DNA of 62,674 nucleotides, counting the filler, from Chiloscyllium plagiosum (lineage: Eukaryota): the NCBI RefSeq assembly GCF_004010195.1. It is 4 parts of one record of this genome, joined end to end, with 100 filler letters (N's around TTAATTAATTAA, not from the genome) between each part and the next. Parts side by side here need not be neighbours in the genome. Positions count along the whole stretch, not along the records: positions 38,177 to 58,969 come from NC_057714.1; positions 59,070 to 62,674 come from NC_057714.1; 2 more parts are not named here. One strand, 5' to 3'. Position numbers and translations under genes: made by a program. Shown here piece by piece: positions 49,395-61,831 of the stretch (position 1 is its first letter; every line of letters starts with the position of its first letter). The notes below the pieces were generated by a model that made no database searches, was not told where the DNA came from, and worked only from the letters and a program-made list of their open reading frames with translations.

Positions 49395-52092
49395 CCTAGT
49401 CATTTTTATTCCTGACATACCGACAGAAAGCTTTAGGGTTTTCCTTGATCCGACCTGCCAAAGAATTCCCATGTCCCCTCCTGGCTTTTCTTCGTTCTCT
49501 CATCAGGTCCTTCCTGGCTAACTCAAGTGCCCTGACTGAGCCTTCATCTCTCATCTTTACAAAAGCCACCACCTTCCTCTTGACAAGAACTTCAACCACC
49601 TTAGTAAACCATGGCTCCCTCACCAACCAATTCCTCCCTGCCTGACAGGTACATACTTATCAAGGACACACAGTAGCTGTTCCTTGAACAACCTCCACAT
49701 TTCGATTGTGCCCATTCCCTACAGTTTCCCTCCCCATCCTATGCATCCTAAATCTTGTTAATCATATCATAATTGCCTTTCCCCCAGTTATAACTCCAGC
49801 GATGAAAAGTGTCAGATATATAGTGCAGGACAAAAGTAAACGTAACTGAATTGTTAATACTATCAAAGTGCTCACCTACCTCCGAATCTACCACCAGGTC
49901 TGGTTCATTACCCAGTGGTCAAATGTGGCCTCACTACTTGTTGGCCTGTCTACACACTCAGGACACCCACCTGCACACATTGGACAAAACCTGCCTCTCT
50001 AAAGTACTTGACCCTGCCAAATATTAACTGGAAACACTGTGCTGTTAGACTCGCTCCTATCCAAAATCATCTCTGCTATCCTATTCTCTACATTTCTGAA
50101 CTATCCGGAGGCGTATAGAAAACTCCCAACAAGATGACTTCTCCTTTCCTGTTTCTAAACTCAGCCCAAACTATCCGTAGACAAGTCCTCAAACATCCTT
50201 TCTGCCATTGTAATACTGTCCTTGACTATCAATTCTACACCTCCCCCTCTTCTAGCACATTCCCTGTTCTTAATGAAACATCTAAACTCCAGAACCTGCA
50301 ACAACCATTCCTGTCCCTGCTCTATCCATCTTTCTGAAATGGCCACAATGTCGAAGTGCCCCCACCCTGTGTTTCTTGCCTTGCTAGCACCTGGTATGGG
50401 TAACAAGCCAGAGATAAAACTGTTCTAGCTCTAAGCTTCCAACCTAGCTCCCTGAATTTCTGCCTTAAATCCCCATCTCTCTTCCTACCTATGTCATTGG
50501 TGCCTATGTGGACCACAACTTGGGGCTGCTCCCCCTCCCCCTTAAGGATCCTGAAAGCATGATCAGAGACATAGAACATAGAAAAATACAGTGCAGTACA
50601 GGCCCTTTGGCCCTCGATGTTGCGCCGATCCAAGCCCACCTAACCTACACTAGCCCACTATCCTCCATATCCCTGTCCAATGCCCGTTTAAATGCCCATA
50701 AAGAGGGAGAGTCCACCACTGCTACTGGCAAGTCACTCCTAAACCTTCTTTTCTCCAATGAAAACAGCCCCAAGTGCCTCAGCCTTTCCTCATACGGTCT
50801 TCCTACCATACCAGGCAATATCCTGGTAAACCTCCTCTGCACCCGTTCCAGTGCCTCCACATCCTTCCTATAGTATGGCGACCAAAACTGCACACAATAC
50901 TCCAGATGCGGCTGCGCCAGAGTCTTATACAACTGCAACATGACCTCAGGACTCTGAAACTCCATTCCTCTACCAATAAAAGCCAGTACGCCATATGCCA
51001 TCTTCACCGCACTATTTACCTGGTGGCAACTTTCAGAGATCTGTGTACATGGACACCAAGATCCCTCTGCTCATCCACACTACCAAGTATCTGACCATTA
51101 GCCCAGTACCCCATCATCTTGTTACTCTTACCAAAGTGAATCACCTCACACTTACCTACATTGAACTCTATATCCCGCTGTGACGTGCCACATCCTTCCT
51201 CACTGTCAACAACTCCACCGACTTTCGTATCATCCGCAAACTTGCTCACCCAACCTTCTAGCCCCTCCTCCAGGTCATTTATAAAAATGACAAACAGCAA
51301 TGGTCCCAAAACAGATCCTTGCAGAACACCGCTAGTGACGGCACTCCAAGATGAACCTTTACCATCAACTACTACCCTCTGTCTTCTTCCAGCCAACCAA
51401 TTCCTAATCCAAACTTCCAACTCACTGCCATACCTCCATATTTTTTGCAATAGCCTACCATGGGGAACTTTATCAAACGCCTTACTAAAATCCATATACA
51501 CCACATCTACTGCTTTACCCTCGGCCACCTCCTTAGTCACCTTCTCAAAGAATTCAATAAGGTTTGTGAGGCACGACCTGTCTTTCACAAAACCATGCTG
51601 ACTATCCTTGATCACATTATTCCTATCCAGAAGTTCATAAATCCTATCCCTTACAATTCTCTCCAAGACTTTGCCCACAACAGAAGTGAGACTCACCGGC
51701 CTATAGTTACTAGGGTTATCCCTACTCCCCTTCTTGAACAAGGGAACCACATTTGCTAGCTTCCAGTTTTCTAGCACTATTCCTGTAGACAACGAGGACA
51801 GAAAATTCAAGGCCAATGGCTCTGCAATCTTCTCCCTTGCTTCCCAGAGAATCCGAGGATAAATGCCATCCGGCCCAGGGGACTTATCTATTTTCACCCT
51901 TTCCAGAATTTCCAACACCTCTTCCCGACATACCTCAAAGCCATCCATTCTACTTAAATGTGACTCAGTATTCACATCGGCAACAATGTCCTTTTCCTAA
52001 GTGAATATTGATGAAAAGTATTCATTCAGTCTCCCCCCAATCTCTTCAGCCTCCACATGCAACTTCCCACTACTATCCTTGACTGGACCTAT
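49395..52092 (-). mobile_element. Nested CR1 fragments (ORF1 esterase remnant, endonuclease, RT)
   Basis: PQVVVHIGTNDIGR (SGNH-esterase-type ORF1); 319-aa RT frame 51016-51975 with NYRPVSLTS, DFSKAFDKV, QGSVLGPLLF, FADD. Confidence 0.92.
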
Positions 52093-52097
52093 TTCTA

Positions 52098-52545
52098 GAG
52101 GTGAAAGTGAGGACTGCAGGTGCTGGAGATCAGAGCTGAAAATGTGTTGCTGGAAAAGCGCAGCAGGTCAGGCAGCATCCAAGGAACAGGAGAATCGACG
52201 TTTCGGGCATAAGCCCTTCTTCAGGAATGAGGAAAGAGTGCCCAGCAGGCTAAGATAAAAGGTAGGGAGGAGGGACTTGGGGGAGGGGCATTGGAAATGC
52301 GATAGGTGGAAAGAGGTCAAGGTGAGGGTGATAGGTCAGACTGGGGTGGGGGCGGAGAGGTCGGGAAGAAGATTGCAGGTTAGGAAGGCGGTGCTGAATT
52401 CGATGGATTTGACTGAGACAAGGTGGGGGGAGGGGAAATGAGGAAACTGGTGAAACCCGAGTTCATCCCTTGTGGTTGGAGGATTCCTAGGCGGAAGATG
52501 AGGCGCTCTCCCTCCAACCGTCGTGTTGTTGTGGTCTGGCGATGA
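52098..52545 (-). mobile_element. PLE 3'/terminal-repeat fragment with intact hammerhead motif
   Basis: Minus strand CTGAAGA-A-GGGC-TTAT-GCCC-GAAA-CGTC at ~52197-52224, contiguous with PLE ORF-end sequence (ERLIFRLG..QPQGMN). Confidence 0.8.
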
Positions 52546-52622
52546 TCATATGTCTTATTTCTTCCTTGATTATAGATTCAAACATTTTCCCCACTGCAGA
52601 GGTTAGGCAAATGGGCCTGTAG

Positions 52623-52791
52623 TGGGCAGCACGGTGGCTCACACTGCCAGGGACCTAGGTTTGATTCCATCCTTGGGTGGCTGTGTGGAGTTTGCCCATT
52701 CTCCCTGTCTGCATGGGTTTCCTCTGGATGCTCTGGTTTCCTCCCACAATCCAAAGATGTGCAGGTCAGGTGAACTGGCCATGCTAAATTG
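52623..52791 (+). mobile_element. HE1-type SINE (runs into gap)
   Basis: Head and V-domain visible. Confidence 0.75.
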
Positions 52792-53109
52792 NNNNNNNNN
52801 NNNNNNNNNNNNNNNNNNNNNNNNNNNNNNNNNNNNNNNNNNNNNNNNNNNNNNNNNNNNNNNNNNNNNNNNNNNNNNNNNNNNNNNNNNNNNNNNNNNN
52901 NNNNNNNNNNNNNNNNNNNNNNNNNNNNNNNNNNNNNNNNNNNNNNNNNNNNNNNNNNNNNNNNNNNNNNNNNNNNNNNNNNNNNNNNNNNNNNNNNNNN
53001 NNNNNNNNNNNNNNNNNNNNNNNNNNNNNNNNNNNNNNNNNNNNNNNNNNNNNNNNNNNNNNNNNNNNNNNNNNNNNNNNNNNNNNNNNNNNNNNNNNNN
53101 NNNNNNNNN

Positions 53110-53990
53110 CAATCCTTTCTTCTACGTCTCTAGGACTATTAGGAGGCCTGTAGAAAACTCCTAACAGGGTGACCTCACCTTTCCTATTCCTAACCTCAGC
53201 CCAAACTACCTCAGATGGTGAGTCTTCATCCATCATCCTTTCCACCGCTGTAATACTATCATTGACAAGCAATGCCACACCTCCCCCCTCTTTTACCCCC
53301 ACCTCTGACCCTACTAAAACATTTAAACCCTGGAACCTGCAACATCACAAACCCTGGCACCTGGGAGGCAACACACCAATCGTGAGTGTCTCGCGTTCCC
53401 ACAGAATCTATCTGTTCCCCTGACTATGGAGTCCCCACTGACTAACACTCTCTCCTCCTTCCCCTCTTACTTCCTGAGCAACTGGGACAGACTCTGTGCC
53501 AAAGACCTGTACAGGGGAACGGCCACAGGGGATCCCTGCACTGCTGCCGGTTCCCTTTCCGTCCCCTGACCGTAACCCATCTGCCTCTTTCCTGTGTCTG
53601 AGGAGTGACTACCTCCCTGTAACTCCTCTCCATTTCCCCCTCAGCCTCCCGAATGATCTGAAGTTCATCCAGCTCCAGTTCCCTTGCGCGGTTTCTGAGG
53701 AGCTGGAGTTGGGTGCACTTCCCGCAGATGTAGCCAGCAGGGACGCTGGTGGTGACCCTTACCTCCCACATTCTACAGGAGGAACATGCAACTGCCCTAA
53801 CCACCATTCCCACTGGTCTAAATTCCCGGAGAGACTATTGGGGGGGGAAACCCCAGTAACTTTACTGAATGGGCACTCAGCACCTTTTTTTGTTTTGGTT
53901 AGAGGAGGAGGAGGATGAGTGGGAGACTCTAAGTAATGTTTCAGCTAAAGCAGCCACCTAACTAAATTACCTCACTTACTCAGCTGTCCC
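53110..53990 (-). mobile_element. CR1 5' region (ORF1 + endonuclease remnant)
   Basis: AVACSSCRMWEVR..CGKCTQLQLL; GGGVALLV..WAEVRN..GVFYRPPN. Confidence 0.8.
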
Positions 53991-54199
53991 ATGCCTGCCC
54001 TTGGTCAGTGTGCACATGGTCAGTCTAGGCTTCTAATTGGATTAAATTACCTTTCCAGAGTAAGTAAGGACTGCAGGTGCTGAAGATCAGAGTCGAGAGG
54101 GTGGTGCTGGAAAAGCACTGCAGGTCAGGCTGTATCTGAGGAGCAGGAGAATCAACATTTCGGGCATAAGCCCTTCATCAGGAAACCCAGTCATCCGAC

Positions 54200-55180
54200 T
54201 GTTTAATTAACTACCATTCTGCAGACTACCTCCCACTGCATCCTTGCCTGCAGCGTGAGGTAGACAACGTTGACTGAGTCACATGAATATCTGCTGTGTA
54301 TGTGGTGGGTGGTGTTCCCACATGTGATGGTAGTGTCCATGTCTCTGATCTGCCATGTCTTGCAGAGGATGCTGTGACAGGGTTGTGTGGTGTTGTGATC
54401 GATGTTCTCCTGAAGGCTGGGTAGTTTACTGCGAGCGATGGTCTGTTTGAGGTGAGTAGTTGGGTGGAGGGATGGCCTTGGTGAGATGGTTGTCATCGAT
54501 GACATGTTGAAGGCTGTGAAGAACATGGTGTAGTTTCTCTGCTCTGGGGAAATACTGGTCAACAAAGGGTACTCTGGTCGTATCCACTGTCCGTCTCCTG
54601 AGGAGGTCATTGCAGTTTCTGACTGTGGCACATTGGAACTGGCGCTCGGTGAGTTGAGAATCGTATCCTGTTGTTATGAGAATGTTCCTCAAAATCTTCA
54701 GTTGTCCATTGCCTTCCTCATCTGAGCAGATCCTGTGTATGGGCAGGTTCTGTCTGTAGGAGATGGCATCTTTAACATGTTCAGGGTGGGAGCTGGAGAA
54801 GTGCAGCATGGTGAGGTTATCTGGGGGTTTGTGGTGGAGTGAGGTACTGAGGGGTCTGTCCTTGATGGGGATGCGCGAGTCCAAGAATGAGACTGAATCT
54901 GAAGAGTGGTGCACGGTGAGTCTGGTGATGTGGAACTTGTTAATATCGTTGTGTAGTTGTTTCAGTGATTCCTCACCGTGAGTCTAAAGGATGAAAATAT
55001 CACGGATGGATCTGGTGTATAGCATCGGCTGGTGGTCCTGTGCAGCAGAGAAATCTTGTTTGAACTTGTGTATGAAAGTGTTGGTGTATTGGGGGACAAA
55101 TGTGGTCCCATGACTGTTCTGTGGGTCTGGGTGAAGATGTTGTGGTTGAGGATGGAGTGGATGATCTGGAGGATGGTGTC
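54200..55180 (-). mobile_element. PLE fragment (RT end + GIY-YIG start)
   Basis: SVSFLD...STSLHHKP..LHFSSSHP...HRICS; YSCDSVNVVYL. Confidence 0.75.
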
Positions 55181-55615
55181 TTGATATGGAGGCCAGCGTA
55201 CCATCTGCCTCCTGCCTGCTGTACCTACACGCTGACTTTCAGCGACTGGTGTACAGGGACACCCAGGTCTCGCTGCACCTCTCCCTGTTACCTCATCGAT
55301 CACATTCAGATAATCACCTCCCTTCCTGTTTTTGTAACCAAAATGGATAACCTCACATTTCCCCAAATTATACCACATCTGCCATGTATTGACCCACTCA
55401 CTCAATTTGAGCAAATCACACTGAAGCAACTCAGTGCTCCTTCCAGCTCCGGGGATGTTACATTCTTGTTCCCATATCTCAGTCTGGATATTGAGCAAGC
55501 TGGGCGCCATCTACGGATTGATCCCTGTGAAACCGCTAGTCACTGGCTGTCCCTCAGAAAACAGTGTGTTTTAATTGCTGTTCCCAGCCAGTCGGCCTGT
55601 GCTTTATCCAGGGCA

Positions 55616-55804
55616 AAAAGTGAGGTCTGCAGATGCTGGAGATCAGAGCTGGAAATGTGTTGCTGGAAAAGCGCAGCAGGTCAGGCAGCATCCAGGGAAC
55701 AGGAGAATCGACGTTTCGGGCATAGGGCTTATGCCCGAAACGTCGATTCTCCTGTTCCCTGGATGCTGCCTGACCTGCTGCGCTTTTCCAGCAACACATT
55801 TCCA
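55616..55804. mobile_element. PLE-derived fold-back mini-element, perfect 78-bp inverted repeat
   Basis: Arms 55647-55724 / 55730-55807 with a 5-nt spacer; 15-bp direct repeat GCTTTATCCAGGGCA at 55601-55615 and 55805-55819. Confidence 0.85.
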
Positions 55805-55819
55805 GCTTTATCCAGGGCA

Positions 55820-57430
55820 GTAAGTGAAACAAGATTGGACCAGTGTGTCCTGGAGGGAAAGGTCCCTGTGAAAGGGAGACAAGGGAGGGGAGGGGAATAT
55901 ATGTCTGGTGGTGGCATCTCACTGGAGGTGGTGCAATTGGCAACTAATGATCCTCTGAAGTGGATGCTGGTGGGATGGTAGGTAAGGACAAGGGGGAGCC
56001 TATTGCTGCTGCCAGAGGGGAGCGAGGGCTGAAGTGTGTGAGCTGAGGGTCCTATCAACAACAGTGCTGGGGAATCCACGGTTAAGGAAGAGGATGGACA
56101 TTTTGGAGGTTCCCTTGGTGAAGTCCATATCAGCAGAACAATTGAGATGGAGGAAATGGGAAAAATGATGAGTCTTTACAAAAAGTATGGTGTGAGGATG
56201 TAAAGTCCAGGTCTGAAAAATGTGTTGCTGGAAAAGCGCAGCAGGTCAGGCAGCATCCAAGGAGGTTATATTCCTGAAGAAGGGCTTATGCCCGAAACGT
56301 CGATTCTCCTGCTCCTTGGATGCTGCCTGACCTGCTGTGCTTCTCCAGCAACACATTTTTCAGCTCTGATCTCCAGCATCTGCAGCCCTCACTTTCTCCT
56401 TGTAAAGTCCAGGTAACAGTAAGAGTCAGTGGGTTTATCGTTGATATGGGTGGCCAGTCTATCCCCAGAAATAAAGTGATGTTGAGAAAGGGAGGAGTCA
56501 GAAGGACCATGTGAAGACAAGGGCAAGATGGAAATAGGAAGCAAAATTAATTCAACTTTGCAATTCTGACATCGGTATACCAGAGTGTGCTGTGGGTGGG
56601 AGCCGGAATTGGACTGGAACAAGGAATGTTCCATGTAGCCCACCAAGGGACAGGCACAACTGGGGTCCACATGGATACCCATGGACACCTCAAAGGGAGA
56701 GGAGTTCAGAGAAATTGTTCGGGGTGAGGATGAGCTCGGCCAGGCGGGGGTGAGGTGGGGACAGTTCCAGCCTTTCTGCCTCTTCCTGGAACAGAGCCCT
56801 GAGATCATCCTGGTGGGGGATGACCGTGTGAAGGGATTACATGTCCATGGTTAAGAGAAGGCACCTGGAGCCCGTGAACTGGACATTCTGAAACTAATGA
56901 GAAGCCTCCAAGAAATGGCAGGTGTAAGTGGGATGGGGTGGACAAGGGGGGGGGAAACATCAAGTTGAGGTGGGAAGAGATGGGTTCTGTGGGACAGGAG
57001 CAGGCAGAAACATTGGGACAGTGGGGAAGGAGTGGGCTGTGTGGGGGGGTGGGGTGGATTTTAGAAGCATCAGTGGGTGGGTATGTGGGTGGTGGAGCTC
57101 TAACAGATGAAATAAGGTCAGTGACCAGAGTGGGCATGATGACCTGATGTTTCATGGTCCAGGCGGAGATAGGAGGAGGTATGAGAGTTGGCATTCAGCC
57201 TCTCTCATGTAGAGGTCAGTGCACCAGACTGCAACAGCACCCTCTTTTGTGGCTTAATTACAAAGTCAGGGCTGGATCTGAGAGCATGGAGTGCAGTCAG
57301 TTCTGGGAGGATTGGTTGGAATGGGTGAGGGGAGGGTGCTGAGATCTTGGGGTGATCAACATTACATTGACAGTTCTGAATGAACAGGCAGGTGCAGGTA
57401 GAAAGCTGGAGGGAGGGGTCCAGGTGGAGG
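55820..57430 (-). mobile_element. Old PLE fragment hosting younger mini-element inserts
   Basis: EVSMGIHVDPSCACPLVGYMEHSLFQ; DKPTDSYCYLD; RLPLVLTYHPTS. Confidence 0.7.
56213..56400 (+). mobile_element. PLE-derived fold-back mini-element with intact hammerhead motif
   Basis: CTGAAGA (56274-56280), stem GGGC/GCCC, GAAA, GTC (56299-56301); 14-bp direct repeat TGTAAAGTCCAGGT at 56199-56212 and 56401-56414. Confidence 0.85.
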
Positions 57431-57639
57431 GAGAGTCTTGGAGCTGAACTGAACTAGTTCCATTTGCCTGTGATTGACTCATATCCCTCTAAACCTCATA
57501 TCTAATAAGGCCTTGACAAATCTGATTATCTATTATGTTAATTACTAAGCTTCGCAGTGGTGAAGAATGAAATTATTTTCTACATGATGCCTTGTCTACA
57601 TAAACTACTACACAGTTGAGTAAATAGTAAGATAGATAC

Positions 57640-57885
57640 TGGATGTAGGTTTGGTCACTGAGCTGGAAGGTTCATTTTCAGACGTTTCATCACCATACTA
57701 GGTAACATCTTCAGTGAGCCTCTGAATGAAGTACCGCTGGTGTTTCCTGCTTTCTATTTATATGTTTGGATTTCCTTGGGTTGGTGATGTCATCTCCTGT
57801 GGTGATGTCATTTCCTGTTCTTTTTTGTCAGGGGGTGGTAAATGGGATCCAAGTCAATGTGTTTGTTGATAGAGTTCTGGTTGGA
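57640..57885 (-). mobile_element. PLE terminal-repeat fragment (second family) with intact hammerhead motif
   Basis: Minus strand TCA-CTGAAGA-T-GTTACC-TAGTAT-GGTGAT-GAAA-CGTC-TGA at 57678-57717; homologous to 61830-62674. Confidence 0.75.
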
Positions 57886-58662
57886 GCTCTATGGAGATAC
57901 TTGTTTGAATCCCTCTCCCAAAAGCCATCCCACCTTGTCTCTTTTTTTATATTGTTTGTTCACCTGCCCTTTTTTTACTTGCTACACCCACACATTCCTC
58001 CAAAATATCCAATTTGTTAAGGTGTTCAGACAACAGCAATATCTGTAACAGCTTCTGTTATTTGGAGGTCTCTCAAGGTGTGCCATTATCTTCATTGTCA
58101 GTAACCCCAAACTGTACAACTAAAACTTGGTAAAAACCTCATGTAATTTTGAGTCCAGTCAACTGATGTATCCTGTCATCCAACGTTGGACCACCATATT
58201 GAAACGGACTCTTTGACAGGAATCTGGGTTCAGACTTTGACGATCAAGATCAACAATTCCCACAATAGTCCATCTATAACATCGGCCAATCGATGTAAAA
58301 TAATCTTAACGTTAAAAAGACTAAAAAAAATTTTGTTGAGAACTAGGTGATTGAGTTTAGGGATTATAGTGTTTTAATTTTTTCAAATTTGGTTTCAATT
58401 TGGCTAGTTTTAAACTTTCACCCACTTATGGAGTTTGTTGAGTTCATCTTTATCCTGGCCTGTTGGTCAATGTGGGCTACCAGGTGTTTTCCAGCCGTCA
58501 CTAAAGTTTCCGTTTCACTTTATTACTGCAGTGGAATGTTTACATCTTACTCGCCATAACACAGCCAGCTATTTTATTGATTATTAAGACCGGTTTACAA
58601 AATTTACAAAGGATTTCCAAGTTGCGCTTCATGCCAACGTATGAGTTTCTAATGAAGATGAT

Positions 58663-58969
58663 GGGGCAGCACGGTGGGTAGCACTGCTGCCTCACAGCGC
58701 CAGGGACCCAGGTTTGAGTCCCACCTCAGGCGACTGTCTGTGTGGAGTTTGCACATTCTCCCCGTGTCTGCGTGAGATTCCTCCAGGTGCTCCGGTTTCC
58801 TCCCACAGTCCAAGGATGTGCAGATTAGGTGGTGATTTGGAGAATTAGCCATGCTAAATTGCCCATAGTGTTAGGTGCATTAGTCAGAACATAGGGTAGG
58901 GGAATAGGTCTGGGTGGGTTACACTGCGGAGGGTCAGTGTGGACTTGTTGGGCCAAAGGGCCTGTTTCC
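58663..58969 (+). mobile_element. HE1-type SINE
   Basis: Head, V-domain and tail running into a gap. Confidence 0.88.
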
Positions 58970-59837
58970 NNNNNNNNNNNNNNNNNNNNNNNNNNNNNNN
59001 NNNNNNNNNNNNNTTAATTAATTAANNNNNNNNNNNNNNNNNNNNNNNNNNNNNNNNNNNNNNNNNNNNGGCAACATACCTTCCGGGAATCCCGATCCTG
59101 ACCACAAAATCTCCTGTCAATTCTCCTAACAATCGAGTCTCCTCCCACTAGCGCTTCTGCCCCCTTCCCTTCTTTGCCACAGTGTCAGGCTCAGTGCCAG
59201 AGACCTGACCACTATGACATTCCTCTGGTAAGTCATCCCCCCCAGCAGTATCCAATGCTGAGGGGAATGCTAGGCGATCTCTGCACTAGGTCTGTCTGTC
59301 TGTCCCCTTTCCTCCCCCGACTGTAAATCATTGGTTCAGTTTTAAGATTGCCTTGGAGCCAGGAAAGTCACAAGAAGCTCAGCAGACCTGCTGTGAAAGC
59401 AACATCCCAAGAACATTTCTCCACTGAAATCACCAGAACACTAATTCTCAGAAAAACAATTTATTCATTGGGGAAACAAGCCTTCCCAGAAGCAAGGAGG
59501 GCATGGCTCCCTCAAAGTAACAACACAAATGGAGAAGCCGTTTGACATGCTTGCCTTCATTATTCTGGGCACTGAGAATAAAAACTATAAAACTTTAGTC
59601 AGGCCACATTTGGAATACTGTGTGCGGTTCTGGTACACAAACTTTAGGAAGGATATGGAAGCTTTAGAGAGGGTGCAGAAGAGGTTGAGCAGGATGTTCC
59701 CTGGATTGGCATGTTTTAGCAATGATCATATTGAATGGTGGTGCAGGCTCGAAGGGCAGAATGGCCTACTCCTGCACCTATCGTCTATTGTCTAAGAAGA
59801 GGTTGGACAAACTTGGATTGTTTTCATTAGAGCATCA

Positions 59838-61625
59838 GAATCATAGAGTCATAGAGATGTACAGCACAGAAACAGACCCTTCGGTCCAACCCGTCCATGC
59901 CGACCAGCTATCCCAACCCAATCTAGACCCACCTGCCAACACCCAACCCATATCCCTCCAAACCCTTCCTATTCATATACCCATCCAGATGCCTTTTAAA
60001 TGCTGTTATTGTACCAGCCTCCACCACTTCCTCTGGCAGCTCATTCCATACACGCACCACCCTCTGTGTGAAAAAGTTGTCCCTTAGTTCTCTTTTATAT
60101 CTTTCCCCTCTCACCCTAAACCCATGCCCTCTAGTTCTGGACTCCCTGATCCCAGGGAAAAGACTTTGTCTATTTATCCTATCCATGCCCCTCATGATCT
60201 TATAAATCTCTATAAGTTCACCCCTCAGCATCCGACGCTCCAGGGAAATCAGCCCCAGCCTGTTTAGTCTCTCCCTATAGCTCAAATCCTCCAACCCTGG
60301 CAACATCCTTATAAATCTTTTCTGAACCTTTTCAAGTTTCACAACATCCATCCAACAGGAAGGAGACCAGAATCACATGCAATATACCAACAGTGGCCTA
60401 ACCAATGTCCTGTACAGCCGCAACATGACCTCCCAACTCCTGTACTCAATACTCTGACCAATAAAGGAAAGCATACCAAACACCTTCTTCACTATCCTAT
60501 CTACCTTAGACTCCACTTTCAAGGAGCTATGAACCTGCACTCCAAGGTCTCTTTGTTCAGCAACACTCCCGAGGACCTTACCATTACCTGTATAAGTCCT
60601 GCTAAGATTTGCTTTCCCAAAATGCAGCACCTCGCATTTATCTGAATTAAACCCAATCTGCCACGCCTCAGCCCATTGTCCCATCTGATGAAGATCTCAT
60701 TGTTCTCTGAGGTAACCTTCTTCACTGTCTACTAAACCTCCAAAATGGTGTCATCTACAAACGTACTACCTATACCTCCCAGGTTCACATCCAAATTGTT
60801 TAGATAAATGACGAAAAGTAGTGGACCCAGCATCAATTCTTGTGGCACTCCACTGGTCACAGGCCTCCAGTCTGAAAAACAACCCTCCACCACCACCCTC
60901 TGTCTTCTACCTTTGAGCCAGTTCTGTATCAAAATGGCTAGTCCTCCCTGTATTCCATGAGATCTAACCTTGCTAATCAATCTCCCAAGGGGAACCTTGT
61001 CGAACGTCTTACTGAAGTCCAGAAAGATCAAGTCCACCACTCTGCTGTCATCAATCTTCTTTGTTACTTCTTCAAAATCTCAATCAAGTTTGTGAGACAT
61101 GATTTCCCACGCATAAAGCCATGTTGACTATCCCTAATCAGTCCTTGCCTTTCCAAATACATGTACATCCCATCCCTCCGGATTCCCTCCAACAACCTGC
61201 CCATCACCGACGTCAGACTCACCAGTCTATAGTTCCCTGGCTTTTCTTATAATCTTTCTTAAACAGTGGCACCACGTTTGCCAACCTCCAGTTTTCTGGC
61301 ACCTCACCTGTGACTATCGATGGTACAAATATCTCAGCAAGAGGCCCAGCAATCACTTCCCTAGCTTCCCACAGAGTTCTAGGGTACACCTGATCAGGTC
61401 CTGGGGATTTATCCACTTTTATGCATTTCAAGACATCCAGTACTTCCTCCTCTGTAATATGGACATTTTTCAACACGTCATCATCTATTTCCCCACATCT
61501 TATATCTTCCGTGTCCTTCTCCACAGAAAACACTGATGCAAAATACTCTTTTAGTATCTCCCCCTGATCTTTGAGGGGCCCTATTCTCTCCTGAGTTACC
61601 CTTTTGTCCTTGATGTATTTATAAA
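59838..61625 (-). mobile_element. CR1 ORF2 3' half, decayed
   Basis: KSPGPDQVYPRTLWEARE, DFSKTFDKVP, FVDD, WNELPEEVVEAG. Confidence 0.92.
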
Positions 61626-61831
61626 AAAGAGGCTGAGGGGTGATCTGATGGAAAATTATAAAATTATCAGAGGTTGATAGTCAGACTCTTTCTCTAGAAA
61701 TGAACAAATATTAGAGGGTATGGGGGAAAGTTCACACAAGCTGTGTGAGGCTGTTTTTTCACACAGAGGGTAGTAAGTTCGTGAGTTTTTATAAGATTTG
61801 TGGCTTAGCTTGAGATTCTAGATGTAGGTCA

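Noticed and set aside
51016..51975. 319-aa reverse transcriptase ORF as a functional gene
   Set aside because: Internal CR1 ORF2 fragment with deletions, no intact endonuclease or 5' end.
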